A stretch of 10,082 bases of DNA from Myxococcales bacterium (GTDB lineage: Bacteria; Myxococcota_A; UBA9042), in assembly GCA_037441385.1 (NCBI GenBank), contig JBBISH010000172.1:1-10082 (forward strand), given 5' to 3'. Positions 8,053 through 10,082 of the stretch are shown in pieces; position 1 is the stretch's first letter; each line of letters begins with the position of its first letter. Under the pieces are notes generated by a model, which saw only the letters and a program-made list of their open reading frames with translations, was not told the origin of the DNA and searched no databases. The position numbers were made by a program, and so were the translations under genes.

Positions 8053-9759
8053 TCACAATCCCGCTCCATCGACCAGAGCTTGGCGCGCCCGAGCCGCCGC
8101 GGCCTCGCCCTCTTGGCCAAGGGCGGCCCAAGCCTGCGCAGACAGCGCGTGGATCGCCGGATCGAACGGGTTCAGCCAAGCCGCCCGCTCCAAGTAGTCC
8201 AGGGCGTCGCGCCAGCGCGCCTGGAGCACCGCGGCCCGGCCAGCCAGCACGCAAAGGGGCGCATGTTCTGGGAATTCAGCCAGAGCCGGCTGCAGGTAGT
8301 CCAAGGCCTCGGCCAGCCGCGACAGGTCCAGCAAGACCCGCACCAAGCGCGCCACCACGTGCGGCCCCTGCTGCGGCCCGGCAGCCAGCGCCTTGCGGTA
8401 CTCGATTGCCGCGGCCTGCGGGCGGTCCAGCAGAGCCAGCCGGTCGCCCAGCTCGGCAAAGCGCCGCGACTCGACGCTGCCCACCTGAGCGACGTCGGCA
8501 TTCACGCTGCGAAAGGTAATCGGCACCTTGCGGGTGGGCGCCTCGGCGGCGTCGCGGAGTTCAAGGCGCTGCAAGTCGCGCTTCCAGGCCGTGGCAAAGG
8601 CCGCGGGAGCCAGCCCCGACACCTGCTGCAACACCGCCGCCTCGTCCAAACCCTGGGCAAACAGCGCGACCATCTGCCCCACGCCGCGCAGCAGATCCGA
8701 CGGCTGCCCTTGGCGCTGCGCTTGCCGCTCGAGCAACCACGCCACGGCGTGGTGGACCTCGGCAAAGGCCAGTTGGGTGTCTTCCTGGCTGGGCAACACC
8801 GCCAACGACGGCCGCATCTTGGCGAGCGGGATGAACCGCCCGGACTTGCGAGCCGCGGCCAACGTGGCGCGCTCGTCGCGGTCCAGATCCAGCACCCCGC
8901 CACCGCGCCAGACCACCTGCAGCCCGCGCGCCAGTCCCTCGTGCAGCCACAGGGGCACACGCGCCCCGCCGCGCTTGATCACGAACCAGTGCACCAGTTC
9001 GTGCACCACGGTGTCGGCCCACGGGTAGCCATACACCAGATCCTGCGGGCTGGTGATCATGACGCGATTGTGCTTGCAAAGCGCGATGGTCCCCGAGGTG
9101 CGAATCTGCGCGACCGTAAGGCCAGAGACCCGCGCCAGATCGTCGGCATGGGGGTACACGTGTACGGTGATCGGCGCGCCCGCGGCACCAAAAGCCGTTT
9201 CGAGCTTGGGCAATGCCCGCGCGAGCACCGTCTCTAGGTAGCCCAGCAAGACTTCGTCCGCCCCCGGATGCACCCACGCCAGCACCTTGCCGCCCACCAG
9301 CGGACGCGGCTTGCAGCCGGCCAGGATGTCCAGGGTGGCGTCGGCCACGTCGGCGTAGCTGTCGGCCTGTTCGCGCAAGCCGGGCGGTACGCTGGCGTGG
9401 GTGGCGATCTTGCGCAGCGTGGTTTGGGCCTTGGCGTAGTCACCGGCCAGAAAGTCGGCAATTCCGTGCCAGAATTCGCGCGACATCGAACCTTCGGGCG
9501 CCACGGCATCGATCTCGGCCAGCACCGATCGGGCACACTGCGGGTCCTCGCGGCCCAAGCAGTCGGCGGCACGCTGGGCCAGTTGTAGCCACGGATCGGC
9601 GGCCGCCAATGCAGCCGGCGCAGCGACCGGGCGGCCCGCGGGGGGCGCAGCCAGCGCAGCTGCAACAGGATGAGACAGCCACGTAGCGAGCAGGCAGGCG
9701 GCCGCCACGACCCGCGCCCAGGCAGCGATCGGAGAAAGGGCAGCACCACAACGCAACAC
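8053..9759 (-). CDS. Exported TPR-containing zinc metallopeptidase (peptidase MA-like/gluzincin)
   Basis: DTVVHELVHW (HExxH at 8989-9003) followed by VPLWLHEGLA (third-ligand Glu at 8938-8940). TPR-like helices lie on both sides (GIADFLAGDYAKAQTTL; LGDRLALLDRPQAAAIEYRKALA; LAGRAAVLQARWRDALDYLERAAWLNPFDPAIH). Hydrophobic signal-like segment VVAAACLLATWL..AAALA. The start is uncertain: GTG 9759 chosen (AAGGCGG upstream), GTG 9708 also possible. Confidence 0.82.
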   Translation of the reverse strand: MLRCGAALSPIAAWARVVAAACLLATWLSHPVAAALAAPPAGRPVAAPAALAAADPWLQLAQRAADCLGREDPQCARSVLAEIDAVAPEGSMSREFWHGIADFLAGDYAKAQTTLRKIATHASVPPGLREQADSYADVADATLDILAGCKPRPLVGGKVLAWVHPGADEVLLGYLETVLARALPKLETAFGAAGAPITVHVYPHADDLARVSGLTVAQIRTSGTIALCKHNRVMITSPQDLVYGYPWADTVVHELVHWFVIKRGGARVPLWLHEGLARGLQVVWRGGGVLDLDRDERATLAAARKSGRFIPLAKMRPSLAVLPSQEDTQLAFAEVHHAVAWLLERQAQRQGQPSDLLRGVGQMVALFAQGLDEAAVLQQVSGLAPAAFATAWKRDLQRLELRDAAEAPTRKVPITFRSVNADVAQVGSVESRRFAELGDRLALLDRPQAAAIEYRKALAAGPQQGPHVVARLVRVLLDLSRLAEALDYLQPALAEFPEHAPLCVLAGRAAVLQARWRDALDYLERAAWLNPFDPAIHALSAQAWAALGQEGEAAAARARQALVDGAGL

Positions 9760-9819
9760 CGCACCCGCCTTGCGAGCCCGCAACGGGGCAATCCCCAGCG
9801 GCTCGGGCCCGCGACCGGC

Positions 9820-9848
9820 ATCGTACAGGATGGAAACTGGGGCGGCTA
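9820..9848 (-). promoter_or_regulatory. Possible sigma70-like promoter for the peptidase gene (TAGCCG-N17-TACGAT)
   Basis: Correct 17-nt spacing within the divergent intergenic region. The -10 is reasonable and the -35 is weak. Confidence 0.25.
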
Positions 9849-9850
9849 CG

Positions 9851-9867
9851 CCGGCTTTGGAATTGCG
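9851..9867 (+). promoter_or_regulatory. Possible sigma54 (-24/-12) promoter for the SRPBCC gene
   Basis: CCGGCTTTGGAATTGCG has GG-N10-GC spacing with GGC and TTGC intact, about 55 nt upstream of ATG 9922. It lacks the usual ACG after GGC. Confidence 0.3.
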
Positions 9868-9911
9868 CCCAGCCGGCAACTCGCGTAGGGTCGCAGGTGC
9901 AGATCCCGCCC

Positions 9912-9919
9912 GGAGGAGG
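9912..9919 (+). promoter_or_regulatory. Shine-Dalgarno site
   Basis: GGAGGAGG directly upstream of ATG 9922. Confidence 0.75.
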
Positions 9920-9921
9920 CC

Positions 9922-10082
9922 ATGGCCAAGAAGATTCTGATTGTCCTTGCCGTTCTGCTGCTCGCCCTGCTGGGCGTGGTGGCCACGCGTCCGGACCACT
10001 ATACCGTCAAGCGGAGCACGACCATTGGCGTGCCGGCCGACAAAGTCTTTGCCTTGCTGGCTGATTTCCATGTGTGGAGCCA
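9922..10082 (+). CDS. SRPBCC (polyketide cyclase/dehydrase, START-like) family protein with N-terminal TM/signal (3' partial)
   Basis: Hand translation, not in the ORF track: MAKKILIVLAVLLLALLGVVATRPDHYTVKRSTTIGVPADKVFALLADFHVWS. This fits the typical P-x-x-[FY]-x-V-x-RS-x-x-I-x-x-P-x-x-x-VF-x-x-x-x-DF-x-x-W start of SRPBCC proteins. Strong RBS. Confidence 0.85.
   Translation, partial: MAKKILIVLAVLLLALLGVVATRPDHYTVKRSTTIGVPADKVFALLADFHVWS

Noticed and set aside
7960..9237. + strand 425-aa ORF and other overlapping Arg/Pro/Gly-rich ORFs such as 3677..4747 and 5936..6856
   Set aside because: Alternative-frame or antisense shadows of motif-bearing genes, expected where stop codons are scarce in high-GC DNA.
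9760..10071. N-terminal extension of the peptidase ORF to 10071
   Set aside because: It overlaps the well-supported + strand SRPBCC gene with its strong RBS, and would bury the signal-like segment.

Overview
GC-rich bacterial DNA, possibly Myxococcota/deltaproteobacteria-like (inferred from composition and gene content only). Seven genes run on the - strand and one partial gene diverges on the + strand. In transcription order the - strand carries: a TPR + HExxH (peptidase MA-like) exported metalloprotease (~9759-8053); a 255-nt intergenic region with a palindrome overlapping a sigma70-like promoter; and a tightly packed run of a DnaK paralog (7797-5989), a class A DnaJ lacking the G/F linker (5939-4833), thiL (4833-3823), a small Tat-signal protein (3776-3381), a membrane-anchored VWA protein with a degenerate MIDAS (3384-1582), and a gene missing from the ORF track (1571 to beyond position 1). 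That last gene encodes a signal-peptide-less protein: an N-terminal Amidase_2 (AmpD-like) domain fused to an M23-like WHGGIH...FVVLRH...FYSLYMHL domain resembling the WHIX domain of T6SS double-toxin effectors. This is the most interesting element in the window. The + strand gene from 9922 is a partial SRPBCC-family protein. No RNA genes, mobile elements or CRISPR arrays were seen.
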